A program made the translations under genes and the position numbers. From Curvularia clavata (Eukaryota): a stretch of DNA of 64,000 bases. Location of the stretch: positions 496,001-560,000 of the forward strand of contig CP089276.1 of the NCBI GenBank assembly GCA_023920165.1, given 5' to 3'. Of this stretch, positions 26,083 through 38,306 are shown piece by piece (within the stretch, counting starts at the first letter, position 1; the number at the start of each line of letters is the position of its first letter). The notes under the pieces were generated by a model that had not been told where the DNA came from, did no database searches, and saw only the letters and a list, made by a program, of their open reading frames with translations.

Positions 26083-27848
26083 ATGAGCCAACCCCCCACT
26101 AGCCGCGGAGCGACGAAGAAGAGCCGCTACGACATGAAAAGAGAACGGGATATCCGCCTTCACTATAGAGCCGCCTTTCACAGTATACCACATGTTGACA
26201 ACTTGACCACTCATGTGCCACACCTGTCTCGCGACTCGACTCTTACGGCCTTGTGTCAACTAACTGCTATTCGCATGGGAGCACAACGGGCCATGATCTC
26301 ACTTCTCGATGGAGAAAGACAATACATCCTGGCAGAGGCTACCAGTGATATCTGTCTTCGCCCAGAGAACCTGGCAGCCGGACAGAATTCGCTTTGGGTT
26401 GGCAGCGTTAGCATTCCGCGCAACTTGGGATTATGTGAGAATGTATTGGATCTCAGTCTTGAGAACAACATCTTGGTCATCAATGATCTTACGAAATACG
26501 AGAGGTCCTTACCTTTCAGTGCCAGTCATGGCCATGCTGATGTGCGGTTTTATGCTGGCATCGCACTCGTATCTCCAGGTGGCACGATCGTCGGAACGTT
26601 GTGCATTTTCGACAAAGAATCCCGGGATGGCCTTACCAGCGAGCAAATCAGCCTTTTCAAGGATCTTGGGTCCACTGTTATCGAGTATCTGAACACGTAC
26701 ACCATCAGAGAACAGTATGGCCGAGGAGAAAGATTCACCCGCGGCCTGATCTCTTTCGCCGAAGGTGCCACTGCTCTACTGCCTTTCAAGCAGAGCGAAC
26801 AGACTCCCTCAATTACACCTCACGAATCTTCAAGTCTATCTTCGGTGACAGGAAAAGATGCTTCCTCTGTACACGATGAGGATAAAGAGGAAATGAGTGG
26901 TTCGTTGCCTCGTAGTCCATCTCCTCCAACGCAACGAACAACTACCACTAGGTCGGCACGTCATCGATCAATAGGAACGCTCCAGGACTCTATCCTGCCT
27001 GTGGAATCAAAATTGATGTTCTCTCGTGCTGCGAATGTCATGATGACCTCGAGTAATTTAGACGGAGTTTGTATACTCGATGCAAGCATTGCGGCAAATG
27101 GAGGCCAACGGCGGATCAACGCTACCTCTCGGACCAGAAATGCAACTGATTCTCTTTCCGAATCCTACCATTCCAGATCTTCTAGCGATGTAGGAAGCTC
27201 CAACAGCACGGGAGACGATTCACGCAGTAGATCCGCTTCAAACTCAAAGACATGTAAGAGAAAATATATCCATGCCTTCGGTAGGGGCATCGACTGACTA
27301 TCCATGATGTTCAGGCCAGATTCTTGGAGTGGCAACTTCTAGTGAAAAGGGAAACGACACATATGGGACATTGCTGGAATCTGACCTTGCCCGTATGCTC
27401 CATGAGTATCCGCAAGGTAAAATATTCACTCTCACTGCTAGCGGAATACTCGTATCTTCCACCGATGAGACAACCTCGAGCCCTCATCTCACCGAGCAGA
27501 TACCCCGAACGACACCTTCCAAGCGCCAAACAAAGAACTGGTCAAAAAGATGCTCAGAAGCTATTCGAGAAATGTTTCCTCAAGCGTTTAGTGTCGCTTT
27601 CATTCCATTCTGGGATTTTGAGAGGTCAAGGTGGTTTGCAGGTTGTTTGTGTTGGAGCAACGACCCATACCGCCTACTTTCTCCATCTGTTGATCTGGTT
27701 TATTTCAAGATCTTCAGCAATTCCATCATGAGAGAATTATCAAGGCTAGATGCTGTGAGTCTGGATCAGGTAAGCCGATAGAGTGGACAAATGCTGTATC
27801 AAAAGAAGTGTGATCGTTTTGGGCACTTAATTTTGCTCTCAATTTCAC

Positions 27849-27895
<47 letters not shown>

Positions 27896-30193
27896 ATCAC
27901 CTATCTGACAATCTCGCAGGCTAAATCAACGTTCGTTGCCTCCATCTCACATGAGCTACGCTCCCCTCTGCATGGAATACTAGGTACACTTGAATTTATC
28001 AAGGACACGCCTCTAGATTCGTTTCAGGCCAGTATGCTGAATTCATTGCATGGTTGCGGAATAACCTTGCTCGACACCATCAACCAAGTTATGGATTACG
28101 GGAAAATCAACGGATCAAGAAACATCGTTTCTTCGAAACGTATTAAGAGCGAGAATACGATAAGATTATCTTCTAAGCCAGTAAAGGCTGGGAGAAGGAA
28201 AGACCCCGCATTCGATATCGGCACCGCGACAGAACAAGTTGTAGAGGCTGTATTCTCGGGATCCTCGTATATCCCCGTCATCTCTAAAACCATTGAAGAC
28301 TCTGCATCCAGCACACATTCTGATCTAAGTTCCGTTTCCAAACGCAATACACGGTTCGTCATACTCGAAGTGGCAGATGAAGATGATTGGGTGTTTTCTT
28401 TCCCGATCGGCTCCTGGAGAAGGATCGTTATGAACTTGTTTGGTAACGCTATGAAGTATACAGAATCAGGCTGTAAGTCAATGCAAACTCCTATCAAACA
28501 CCAGAGAGGTAGTCGGTATGAGTGACAATAGAGCCATACTATGGAAACGGTGTGAATTCGACATATCCGAAAGCTCAGCTTATGTTCAGGGCGACGTCGC
28601 TACTACATGTGCATTTTTTTGTCTTCAGATTGTACTAAGAAGGCCCAACTAACTTGAACTTTCAACTAGATATCCACATCTCTCTACGTTCTAGCAAACC
28701 GTCTGAAAACACCAACGCGCCTGCAGCGATAACGCTTACGATTAAGGATACGGGCTTAGGAATGAGCCCCAGCTTTCTTGCGAATAGAATCTTTGAACCA
28801 TTCACTCAGGAAAACTCACATTCAGCTGGTACTGGATTGGGCCTGAGTATAGTTCGACAGATTATCGACATGAGTGGTGGTAAGATTGAAGTCAGCAGCC
28901 AGACGTCTGTCGGGACCAAAGTCACTGTAAAGCTTGCACTCGTTCAGCCGGAATCCTCCGGCCTATTGACAACCGAACGCAAGCGGTTCCAATCCTTCCT
29001 GCCAAGATTATGGGGTCGAAAGATATGCATACTTTCCAAAAAGATTGCAAAACTTCCAGGCGACACTAATGAGTCCCAGACGGATGAGGGCCTTTTGCGC
29101 TTCACCAATGCGCTAGCCAATACCCTTGAGAAGCACCTCAAGATGGAAGTTGTGAGATCTACGGACTGGCAATACAACGGCGCAGACATGATCATTTGTC
29201 CCGAGGTTTCCTTTGAGTATCTCGACACTATTCGCCGTCGCAGAGCCCGGGACCAGCGAGCTCCTGTCGTTGTGTTCGTTGGAATGGACGCATTTGAAGC
29301 AGCTACTCTACGTTCAGACGTCCGGGTGACGTGCAAGGAGTCTGTGGTCGAGATAATGACACAGCCGTTAGTATTGTTCCTTCTAGGCCTCGAAAGCGTT
29401 AACTGATTTGACTAGATGCGGACCACAAAAATTGGCTTTCGTTCTTAACCGGTGCCTAGATCGATACGATCAACCCGGTGATAATATGCAGCCCCAAAGG
29501 ACGCCCAGTCCACTTCCCCCAATTGCGTTCTCTGGGGCTAAAGAACAAGATATTACCAGTCTTTCACTTAACCCTGTATTGCCCGCAGCACAACTCGTGA
29601 CCGATCCGTCTTTGAAAGAAGCCCCAGCTGTACCTCATATACTCATCGTTGACGATAATGCATTAAACCGAAGGGTAGGTCTGAATTGACTGTAACAAAT
29701 ATGGTTACTGACCTCACAAGTTACTGGTTGCGTTTATGAAAAAGAACGATTTGCAATACCAAGAGGCATCAAATGGTCTCGAAGCGCTCCAAAAGTACCA
29801 GGCAGCCACGCACAGTATTCAAGTAATTCTAATGGGTAAGTAAAACTAGTGTTTTGACTCGACCTGATGTGCTTTGTTTACCCTTCTGTCTTCTAAGATA
29901 CTCACGATATATTAGACATGTCCATGCCGGTCATGGACGGCATGACAGCGACTCGTGCAATTCGTGAACATGAACAAAACAGCGGTCTGGCACGTAGCTG
30001 CATCATTGCATTGACTGGTCTCACATCTTCAAGTGCCAGGCTAGAAGCATGGAGCTCAGGTATCGATCACTACATTACCAAGCCTGTGAACTACAACGAA
30101 CTCAGAGAGCTTTTGAAGATCGAAGAAGACAGAATAGCTGGGTGGCAGAAAGACGAAGTCGTACCTAAAGAAACACCAGGAGAGGTCTCTTAA
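26083..30193 (+). CDS. Hybrid sensor histidine kinase (GAF - HisKA - HATPase - receiver)
   Basis: GAF (RAMISLLD..QYILAEAT, VRFYAG..L..P.G..VGTLCIFD), H-box ISHELRSPLHGILG, N-box NLFGNAMKYT, IKDTGLGM, FEPFTQE, GTGLGLSIV, receiver LIVDDN / DMSMPVMDG / KP. Introns at about 27253-27314, 27770-27919, 28473-28669, 29367-29416, 29675-29720 and 29836-29916. Confidence 0.92.
27851..27894. repeat. (CT)22 microsatellite inside a histidine kinase intron
   Basis: Perfect CT dinucleotide run read directly from the sequence. Confidence 0.97.
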
Positions 30194-30768
30194 AGTTCGT
30201 CAGATCCTGAACTATTACTTTGCGAATCGGTTCTGAGCGACATTATCGGGGCTTGTGATTGTCGAAAGGCAACAGACAGTCGATCAGACAGCATGGCAAT
30301 ATTCTTGCGCTATCACAATCGACAAATGCGAGAGCAGCATAATGGCAAGGTGGTAGGGCACATTGCAGGCCACAGCCGGAGAGTCAGACTCCAGATGACT
30401 CTCAGCACCGAAAGCCACACATCGGGCGGGGTGTGAAGAAATAATACGCATGGCACGAACAGCGAATACAGGAAATAAGCGATAATCGGTAATTTTGCAC
30501 GATTAACCCCACGATCATATGGCCATGTTGTTTTGCGCCCTACGCTTTGCATTTGACGTTTTCTTTTACAGATGTTTACTTGCTGGGAATGATACTGATT
30601 TGAACCTAGCGTTCGCATCTAGCAAGTTGGCGTTAGTACGCTGCTAAGTTTTCTAGCGTTAAAACTCGGCCAGTAAAAGATAACAACCACTTAACCCTCA
30701 ACTAAAAGTCTCAAACCACGTTTGAAATATTTTTACCTCAAGCTAGCTTTCTTCCATCAAAGCGATTC

Positions 30769-30840
30769 GGGCTTGTGGTTTAGTGGTATAATACTCCCTT
30801 AGCATGGGAGTGGTCCGGGGTTCGATTCCCCGCGAGTCCA
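30769..30840 (+). tRNA. tRNA-Ala(AGC), no intron
   Basis: Acceptor stem GGGCTTG/CGAGTCC+A with a G3:U70 pair, D-loop TAGTGGTA, anticodon arm CTCCC-TTAGCAT-GGGAG, T-loop GGTTCGATTCC, T-run terminator just downstream. Confidence 0.97.
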
Positions 30841-31389
30841 TCTCTTTTTGCTTTCCAATCTGTCCTTTTTCCCGTCTTTTTGCTCGCATCCTTTTCCAGC
30901 GGCCGGTGTGCTTTCGGCAGTAAACACAGTGTTATTGGTCTGTCTCAGTAGCTAAACGATAACGCCACTGTTCAATGTATGGAGGGAGAGTTAAGAAGTC
31001 CCCGCGTTTTTTTTCTTGTGTCCTTCTAGTCCTTGCGTACTATAAAGTGTATGCACAAGTGTGGCAGTCATTTCATATGGTTAACGTTGTTCTCGTTACA
31101 TAATTCACCCGTGGGACATCATTCTCACCAGCTAGAAGATTCGCATATTGATTGAGCAGCATAGAGGTAAATCTCTTTCCATATTTATATCAGAAAGGGT
31201 AACGATTATGTACGGTAGAAACTTAATGATATATATGCTTCACGCCGAAGCCCATATCCACCTCGACGTGACCACTGCAGCACTATACAAATCCCAGGAT
31301 CGTGTCAAGGTACCATGCCCTTTGATCATGATCCTTTCCCCCCGGCGCACCGGACATCCGCATGGGATAACGGATAATCAATGAGCCAT

Positions 31390-32622
31390 TTATGCGCCAT
31401 TGCCGTTGTAGGCAATGAGGTTGGGGCTGCCCTCTCCAGCCCTCAAGTTAGTAATAGCATCCTTGGTAGCGAGCTCCTGGATGCGCTTGCACAGGTCAGT
31501 TGGGGAACGGGGGCCTTCCACCGAGATGAGGTAAGCGGCAAGGCCAGCAATGTGTGGGCAGGCCATGGAGGTTCCGCTGATGGTGTTTGTGGCGGTAGTT
31601 GAGCCGATCCAAGCGCTCTTGATCTTCTCGCCGGGAGCAAAGATGTCGACAAGCCTGCCAAAGTTGGAGAAGCTGGACTTGAGGTCACGCTCGTTGGTTG
31701 CGCCGACGGTGCAGGCCTCGGGTGCAGATGCGGGAGAAGAGTTGGATGCGTCTTCGCCCTCGTTACCGGCAGCAGCGGCGATGAAGGCACCAGCTTGGAC
31801 AGCAGACTTGATGGCGGCGTTGGTGGTGCGCGAGAACTGGCCACCGAGAGACATGGAGAGGACAGTGCGGTTGATATGGCCCTTCTCAGTAGCGTCATTG
31901 ACGGCCCAGGCAATGCCCTGAAGGACGCCAGAGTTGCTACCAGAGCCGTCTGCGCCGAGGACCTTGACGCCAATGATGTTGGCCTTCTTGGCTACACCGA
32001 ACGTCTTGCCGGCAGCGGTTCCAGAGCAATGTGTGCCGTGACCTTGGTCGTCCTCACCATCGGAGTTTTGAACGAAGCTCTTTCCAAGAGTGGCTCGACC
32101 TTCGAACTCAGTGTGCTTGGTGTTGACACCAGTGTCGATGACATAGATGAAGGTGTCCTCACCAGCAGCGCTGTCGAAGATGTACTCCTGGGCGCCAGGC
32201 TCCCTGTGGGAAATGCGTGCCAGGCCGTAAATGGAATTGTCCTGGGTTACGAGAGTGCCGTTGGCAGCAGCAGTTACATCCGCAGCCCGGCTGTTGAGGC
32301 TGCCGACTGGTACGGAGGCGTACATCATGTAGTCAGGCTCGACAGACTTGATGGCGCCCATGGCTTCGAGGATGTCCAGGACACCGTCATCGTCGCAGTC
32401 AAAAGAAAAGCCCTTGATACCTCCCATAGAGTAGGTGATCTTGGACTCAATGCCAGCAGCCTCCATGACAGAAGAGAGGACATCGTCGAGAAGCTCGTTA
32501 TCCTCGATACGAGCAATCCATCCGTTGGGAACGGTGTTCGCGCCCCGGGCACGGATAACCTTTGAGCCAAAGACGCCGGGCAGAATGGCTCCAAGAGCAA
32601 GTGCAAGCTTGAATGAAATCAT
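31390..32622 (-). CDS. Secreted subtilisin-like serine protease (S8A, proteinase K type) with I9 propeptide
   Basis: Signal peptide MISFKLALALGAILPGVFG. Catalytic motifs YVIDTG, GHGTHCSG, ISGTSMACPHIAG. No introns. Confidence 0.95.
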   Translation of the reverse strand: MISFKLALALGAILPGVFGSKVIRARGANTVPNGWIARIEDNELLDDVLSSVMEAAGIESKITYSMGGIKGFSFDCDDDGVLDILEAMGAIKSVEPDYMMYASVPVGSLNSRAADVTAAANGTLVTQDNSIYGLARISHREPGAQEYIFDSAAGEDTFIYVIDTGVNTKHTEFEGRATLGKSFVQNSDGEDDQGHGTHCSGTAAGKTFGVAKKANIIGVKVLGADGSGSNSGVLQGIAWAVNDATEKGHINRTVLSMSLGGQFSRTTNAAIKSAVQAGAFIAAAAGNEGEDASNSSPASAPEACTVGATNERDLKSSFSNFGRLVDIFAPGEKIKSAWIGSTTATNTISGTSMACPHIAGLAAYLISVEGPRSPTDLCKRIQELATKDAITNLRAGEGSPNLIAYNGNGA

Positions 32623-33759
32623 ATTTGAGTAGTAGTTGTTTTGGCGACCAGCAAAAGCAGATAAAATGAGTGAATGAGTGAGTGAATAAACAGATGAATG
32701 GACTAGCCAGGAAGAATCAAAAGGTACTTGAGGATGAGATGGAAAAGTGGTGTTGATACAAGAGAAGAGAAACAAGCAGTTATAAAGTATCTGCTTCGTA
32801 CTTTTAAGATGTGATGTTTTACAGGAGTTGTCAAAATCAGACGATCATACAACTTGCTGCAGGCTTGATTGGCATAGCGCACATGGACGGTGTGGAGGCC
32901 TCATTAGCCACATCTTCAACCGACAGGCTCGCTAGAGGTTGCCTTGCGGCAGCGAAATGGCATGGCAGGCTCTCCGCGTTTCATCGTTCTTTTAGGCAGG
33001 AGGAAATATCTGCGGCAAAGCTTGTGGGCGCGATGCCATTGGCTTGCAGCTTAATGAGGACTAGGTTCTTCCGAGCATGAAGTACCCAGCGGCTGGAAGC
33101 TGGTATGGTAGCCGCCTTATTCTGTATACAGTATAATGGGCAGAGCAAAATGCCTCGCATCATTTGTCGGGCGACGGCTTGGCGGGTGGAGATCTTTCCC
33201 GCATGGCGTAGGAGCCAAGACATTTGTGACAGGAGTGGGCCAAGTCCAGACACAGCGGAAGGGAGACATCTGTTAAACGTCACCAAGAGATTGGACGAGC
33301 CGTTGAGGGTTTGAATGAAGCATGCGCAGTGGCAAGGCTGGCGGGCGGTGTAGGCCATTCTGCCGCCCCTTTACACCCAGCACGCCGCCGCGGTGGTGGT
33401 CGATCTGCCTAACAGCGAATCAGCCAGCCAAAGAGCCTCAAGCACGCAACGTCGCCTATGCCGCTTAATTTTGGGCCTTTCCGAGTACTGACGAATGAAA
33501 CTCACACGGAGATTTTGACAACGCCTGATTCTGTCCCTTGAGGCCGCGTCTGCTCTCCATGGCCCTACGTATGTTTTCTTGGCCCAAACGGAATCTCCGA
33601 CACAACTTCATGCATTACCTAAGCTAGGGGCCTCCTTGTTTTCCACGCGTAACTTTTTGCTGTCATTGTTGCAAAACAAACACATCTTGAATATACACCT
33701 ATCTCCGAGATCTATGCGTCGGACAACATCGACAAATCTAGTACCATGACCTGACAGAA

Positions 33760-34824
33760 CTACTCGCCAACCTCGTCCAAGGCCACAGCAAACTGCGCTT
33801 CCTCGAGTCCATAGTGTACTCTGCCGTCCAGGACCCAGTTGAACAGAAAAGCCCCACATCCCGATAGTGCGCCGAAAGGATTGATCTCGACCAGGCTAAC
33901 ATTGCCATGCTGTTCCAGCGCCACATCGAAACTGAATCCGTGTTTCAGCAACAACTCCACGATGTCTGCAGTGAGCTCCTCCTTCGCGTATGTTACGATC
34001 TCTTGTAGAACTGCCTTGGCGCCTGTCTCGACCTTAGCCACTGTTTCCTCCAACGTGAAACCCCAAGGCGCCTCGAACACAAATGGCCACTTATACTGAC
34101 TGATCGCGCTTATCTTGAAATTCTTGGGCGTTTCTGAGTCTGTCGCTGCCGCCGCAGGGGGTGGAACAAAGACCCTGAACTCCCTTGCTGTGTCCATACT
34201 ACATCGCATTTGTTCAGTACAAGTTTGATGCTCGTCTCTCTTCTTTCTCGCGCTGCATTCTCTTTCTCGCGCTGAAGACATCCATACGCCCTCATAGACG
34301 TACACAACTTTGCGATGACTTCGTACAGCGTTGACGATGGCAGTTTCCCTCCCATAGGGTTGTCGTCCTTAGGTGACATTTGATCGAGTCGAATGAACTA
34401 TTTCTTCTCGCCGTCCAGAAGCGATACCAGGACGTTGCCGGCTCTCGTACATGGTAGATTTTCAATAATCTCTGCAATTACCGCTTCGTGGATGCAGTTA
34501 GTGGCTATCCAAGCGCTGTGACATCGCATCGTGTCTTCGTATAGGAAACCGGGAAGGACTACTTCATGGTATTCACCTGGCTCTAGGCCTTGGGATCGAG
34601 CAGTTAGCTGGTGCCACAGCGTGTAGCTATAAGGTTCCCAGGGTGGAGTAGAGTGCGTGAGAGCAGGCGCTTTTTTCGGGGATAACGGGTAGGATTTCTG
34701 CAGCGCGGTGGTGGGCAGTACTGAAACGCTGAGATCGAGAGGGAGGATGCGAGGAATCTTCGATGGATTGTATCCTTTCATTGTCTGCGACAACTAGCGA
34801 ACGTGGAATTTTGAGAACACGCAT
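33760..34824 (-). pseudogene. Disrupted Cdc123/R2K-like ATP-grasp gene
   Basis: Four collinear segments give ..KK*FIRLDQMSPKD..., EFRVFV, ISAISQYKW, GFSFDV, LVEINPFGALSGCG.FLFNW..D. In-frame TAG at 34400-34398. Frameshifts near 34670-34680 and 34200-34210 with no intron signals. Confidence 0.8.
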
Positions 34825-35707
34825 GGTGGTATTGGAAGTGTTGAAGTATTTATACAGTGGGAGTGCTGATGGTGATGCTAGTGAAACGAGAAGTACAATC
34901 AGTACTCTGGACACTAGAGGTGCTAGTCGTGCATTCACTTCCTTCATATATCATCTGGTAAAGCAGTAGAAAAGAGGCTTTTCCATTTTGATATAAGTAC
35001 GCATACATTGTGCCGTTGTTAATGCCTTGAATTGACGAATGTCGAACCATGGTTAAACTATCCACATTTACCATAATATGCAATTCCATATTCGGCCAGG
35101 AAAGGGCGTAAATACAACAGCGGTCTCCCGATCTGGACACTGTTGACCCATTACGAAAGCCCAAGCACTCGTTGTCCAATTACAGAATTGTAATACATGG
35201 GGCGATACAAGCACAAGAAACATCAGCAACTGAGCCAAAGGAGATGGCATCCTGTTTCTAGCAAGGTTCGACTCAATCAGGCACTATGCAGTAACCCTAT
35301 CACCTAATATAGTATGCGCAAATACACTTTTCTAAGCGTAATAGCCTCACAGTACAATTAGCGAAGGTTCGACGCAGAACGCCTGGTTCGCCTCTGCAAC
35401 ATCACAATCTTCAGAAAAAATAGACAAATTACTATCAGTGTACCTTTCATCTCATGTGATATTATTCATGCCTTTTTCTACCAAGTCATGGGCCCACTGT
35501 GATCACATGACAGACTTCCGCGTCCATCTTGTAGCAGCTAATAATGACTACATCTTCTAGATTTAGCTTATGGTCTCGGTCACCCTTCACTTCATATTTG
35601 GATGCTTCTCAGGTGTCAAGAGTGCCATGTATCAGCTAGCGCCATTGGACAAGAGACCATAACATGTTTGGTAGTATAACGAGATTGGTTCTCAGGCATG
35701 TCGCCGA

Positions 35708-36891
35708 TCAACCAGCAGCTTCTCGGTAAAAGCTAATGGAGTTGTTTCCTCCTGCCAGTGCAAACATTTCGCTCTTCGTGGGAATCTTTGGTAACCACCT
35801 GGCGCTCCATAGGGGCTTGTCGCCGTGTGAGTGAGTCGCGACGCACGTTTTAGTTTCGAACCGCCACACCTTTGCTTTCGAATCATGGGACCTAGGGAAC
35901 ATGTTAACAGCAGTATGCGCGCGTCAGCAATTATACCTTACCCCGATAGCAGATACTCGCCAGTGTCACTCCAATCTAGACTGAGCACCCAGCCACCATG
36001 TCCTGTGAGGTTTGCAACTTGCTCGCCTGAAGAGACATTGTAGATCGCGATGATCTTGGCGTCGCCTCCTGCTGCTAAGAGCTTTGAGGTCGGAGAAAAG
36101 GCTACGCTACGAATCGGATGCACGAGGCCAGCCAGAGAGTGAGCAAGACGTCCGGTGTCGTTATTGAAGACGTATATCGAACCATTCTCGTGACCTGATG
36201 CTGTAAAGCTGCCGTCACGACTCTGTTTGCTTGTGAGTAACGAGTTGGAGGAGAGGGAATAAACAGCCAAGACATACCAGATCTACACATAGACCGAAGC
36301 TGCCTTTGGTCTCATATTCGCGTATTCGGGGCATGCCCTCGGCCTTGTTCAAGCTCCAGACATTGATCTTGCCATTGATACTGCTGCTGGCAAGGTATTG
36401 TCCATCCGCACTAATTGCAATTGCCCATATCTCACCAGGCTTGTTCTGGTCTGCAGGACAAGTCAGCACCCACATAAGTGACAATGGCGATCACCTTGCA
36501 ATAGCAATGAAAGCGCAGGCGTACCCACCAACAATCTCTCCATCTTCAGTCCAGATGCCGTCTTCGCCTTGGCTCCATATTTTGACCTTGCCCTCGAAGC
36601 CTGCACTTGCAGCCCGTCGTGCCTTCTCTTCACGCGCGGTCACTAGATGATGTATGCCAAGTGGATGTGCTTTGTCGAGTGTTTGTATGACTGGAAAGTC
36701 TGGTTTCGTGGTGTCGTATATGTTAATGCCGCTCGCGCCAGAAGCTGAGAGTAGCTGTGTGCTAGTTGGCGCTACGGCGAAGATGTCACTCGCTTTCGGA
36801 TGCGCCGACTCGACGGTATGGAGGGTGAGGTATTGCTTAGACTGCAAGCTGTCAGTATGAATTCTGTGTGGAAATACAAATTGTGTACCAT
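35708..36891 (-). CDS. SKI8: WD40-repeat protein Ski8/Rec14
   Basis: MSKQYL...AH..DIF, LGIHHL, YETKGSFGLCVDLSRDG..TASGH.NG, IRSVAFSP, GHGGWVLSLDWS.TGEYLLSG, FYREA. Introns 36888-36842, 36528-36451, 36277-36223 and 35941-35892. Confidence 0.9.
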
Positions 36892-37280
36892 GGTGACTGT
36901 TCCGTAGCTCCAGAGCCCCGTTAGACGTACGATTAGCGTGACATGGGCAAGGCAATGCGAGGTCTGTCAAATTTCACGGCTCGATGAGGTCAGTACATAC
37001 ACGAAAACGCGATGTCACCAGTCCCGCCCACCATCCCACTTGCAGTGCCCCACCAAACACCGAGACCCCTAGCTTCACCGCCAATCAACACCCCGCATCA
37101 TCCCAGCTCACGATAGGGATGCCATTGATTCTCTCTCGGGTATCCCGAAGTCTCTCAAATAATTCCAAAAGTCACATTTTGCGAGTGACTCAACCCTCAC
37201 TACCGAATCCCAGTATCGAACATCTCCAAGGCGCCTGCAAACCCCTCTTCTTACGCACCTTTACCTGCCGCACTTTCGCC

Positions 37281-37951
37281 ATGGCTCCCTTAGAAACTGC
37301 CCCCATCGCCAAAAACACTCTCTCTGCGCTCCAGCCTATTGTAATCAGCGGTCCATCCGGCGCGGGAAAATCTACTATTCTCTCCCGCCTCTTTGAGGAA
37401 TTCCCTGGAAAATTCGGCTTCAGCATATCGCACACCACGCGCGCACCCAGGGGAACTGAGCAAGATGGAAAAGAATACTACTTTGTAACCAAGGAAGAGT
37501 TCCTGGAGCTAGTGGACAAGAAGGGATTTGTAGAGCATGCGCAGTTTGGAGGCAACTACTACGGAACGAGTGTCAAGGCTGTGAACGACATTGCGGAGAA
37601 AGGACAAATTTGCATTCTGGATATCGAGATGGAGGTTCGTAACAACACCACGAACTCTAGGGGGCATGACTGACAAGTATTCAGGGTGTTAAGCAAGTCG
37701 CGAACCATCCCACATTCCCACGCCCACGATTTCTGTTTCTCCAGCCGCCGTCCATGGAGGTCCTGGAGCAGCGACTGAGGAGTCGGGCCACAGACAAGGA
37801 AGAGGCCATTGTCAAAAGGCTGAACCAAGCCAAGGTCGAGATGGAATTCGCACACAGCGGAGAGGCCCCGCATGACAAGATTGTCATCAACGAAGACTTG
37901 GACAAGGCGTACAAGGAGGTTAGGGACTTCATCGTCGGTGCCGATGCATGA
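37281..37951 (+). CDS. GUK1: Guanylate kinase; in-frame upstream ATG at 37119 possible
   Basis: P-loop ISGPSGAGKST, SHTTRAPRGTEQDGKEYYF, NYYGTS, ILDIEMEGVKQV, LEQRLRSRATD. Intron 37635-37684. Confidence 0.95.
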
Positions 37952-38306
37952 GTTGTCTAGCATGCAGCCAGTATAGACGGAAGCAGCTTATAGACAATGC
38001 ACGATACCACTCATAGTCCACTAGAGACTCAAGCATCTCAGCAATATGCATTGCTTTTATTCAAAAAAAAAAGCTATATAAGCCATAGGGTTCTTCAGAT
38101 ACCGTCGTAGAAAATTCAGCAAAGGCCGTCCTACCACTTTGGGATTCAGACAGCCTCAGAGCTTGACTCTATTTCTAATGTTTCTCATCATGTGAACCTT
38201 GTATGGCTGGATGAACCTGGCTTGTTCGACCAAGCACGGTCTAGCCCGTCAACTCTAGCAGTAGCAAGAGTACGGCTATCCTCAGATCCGAAAAGTATGT
38301 TGTGTG

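Noticed and set aside
31795..32565. 256-aa plus-strand ORF
   Set aside because: Antisense shadow of the codon-biased subtilisin gene.
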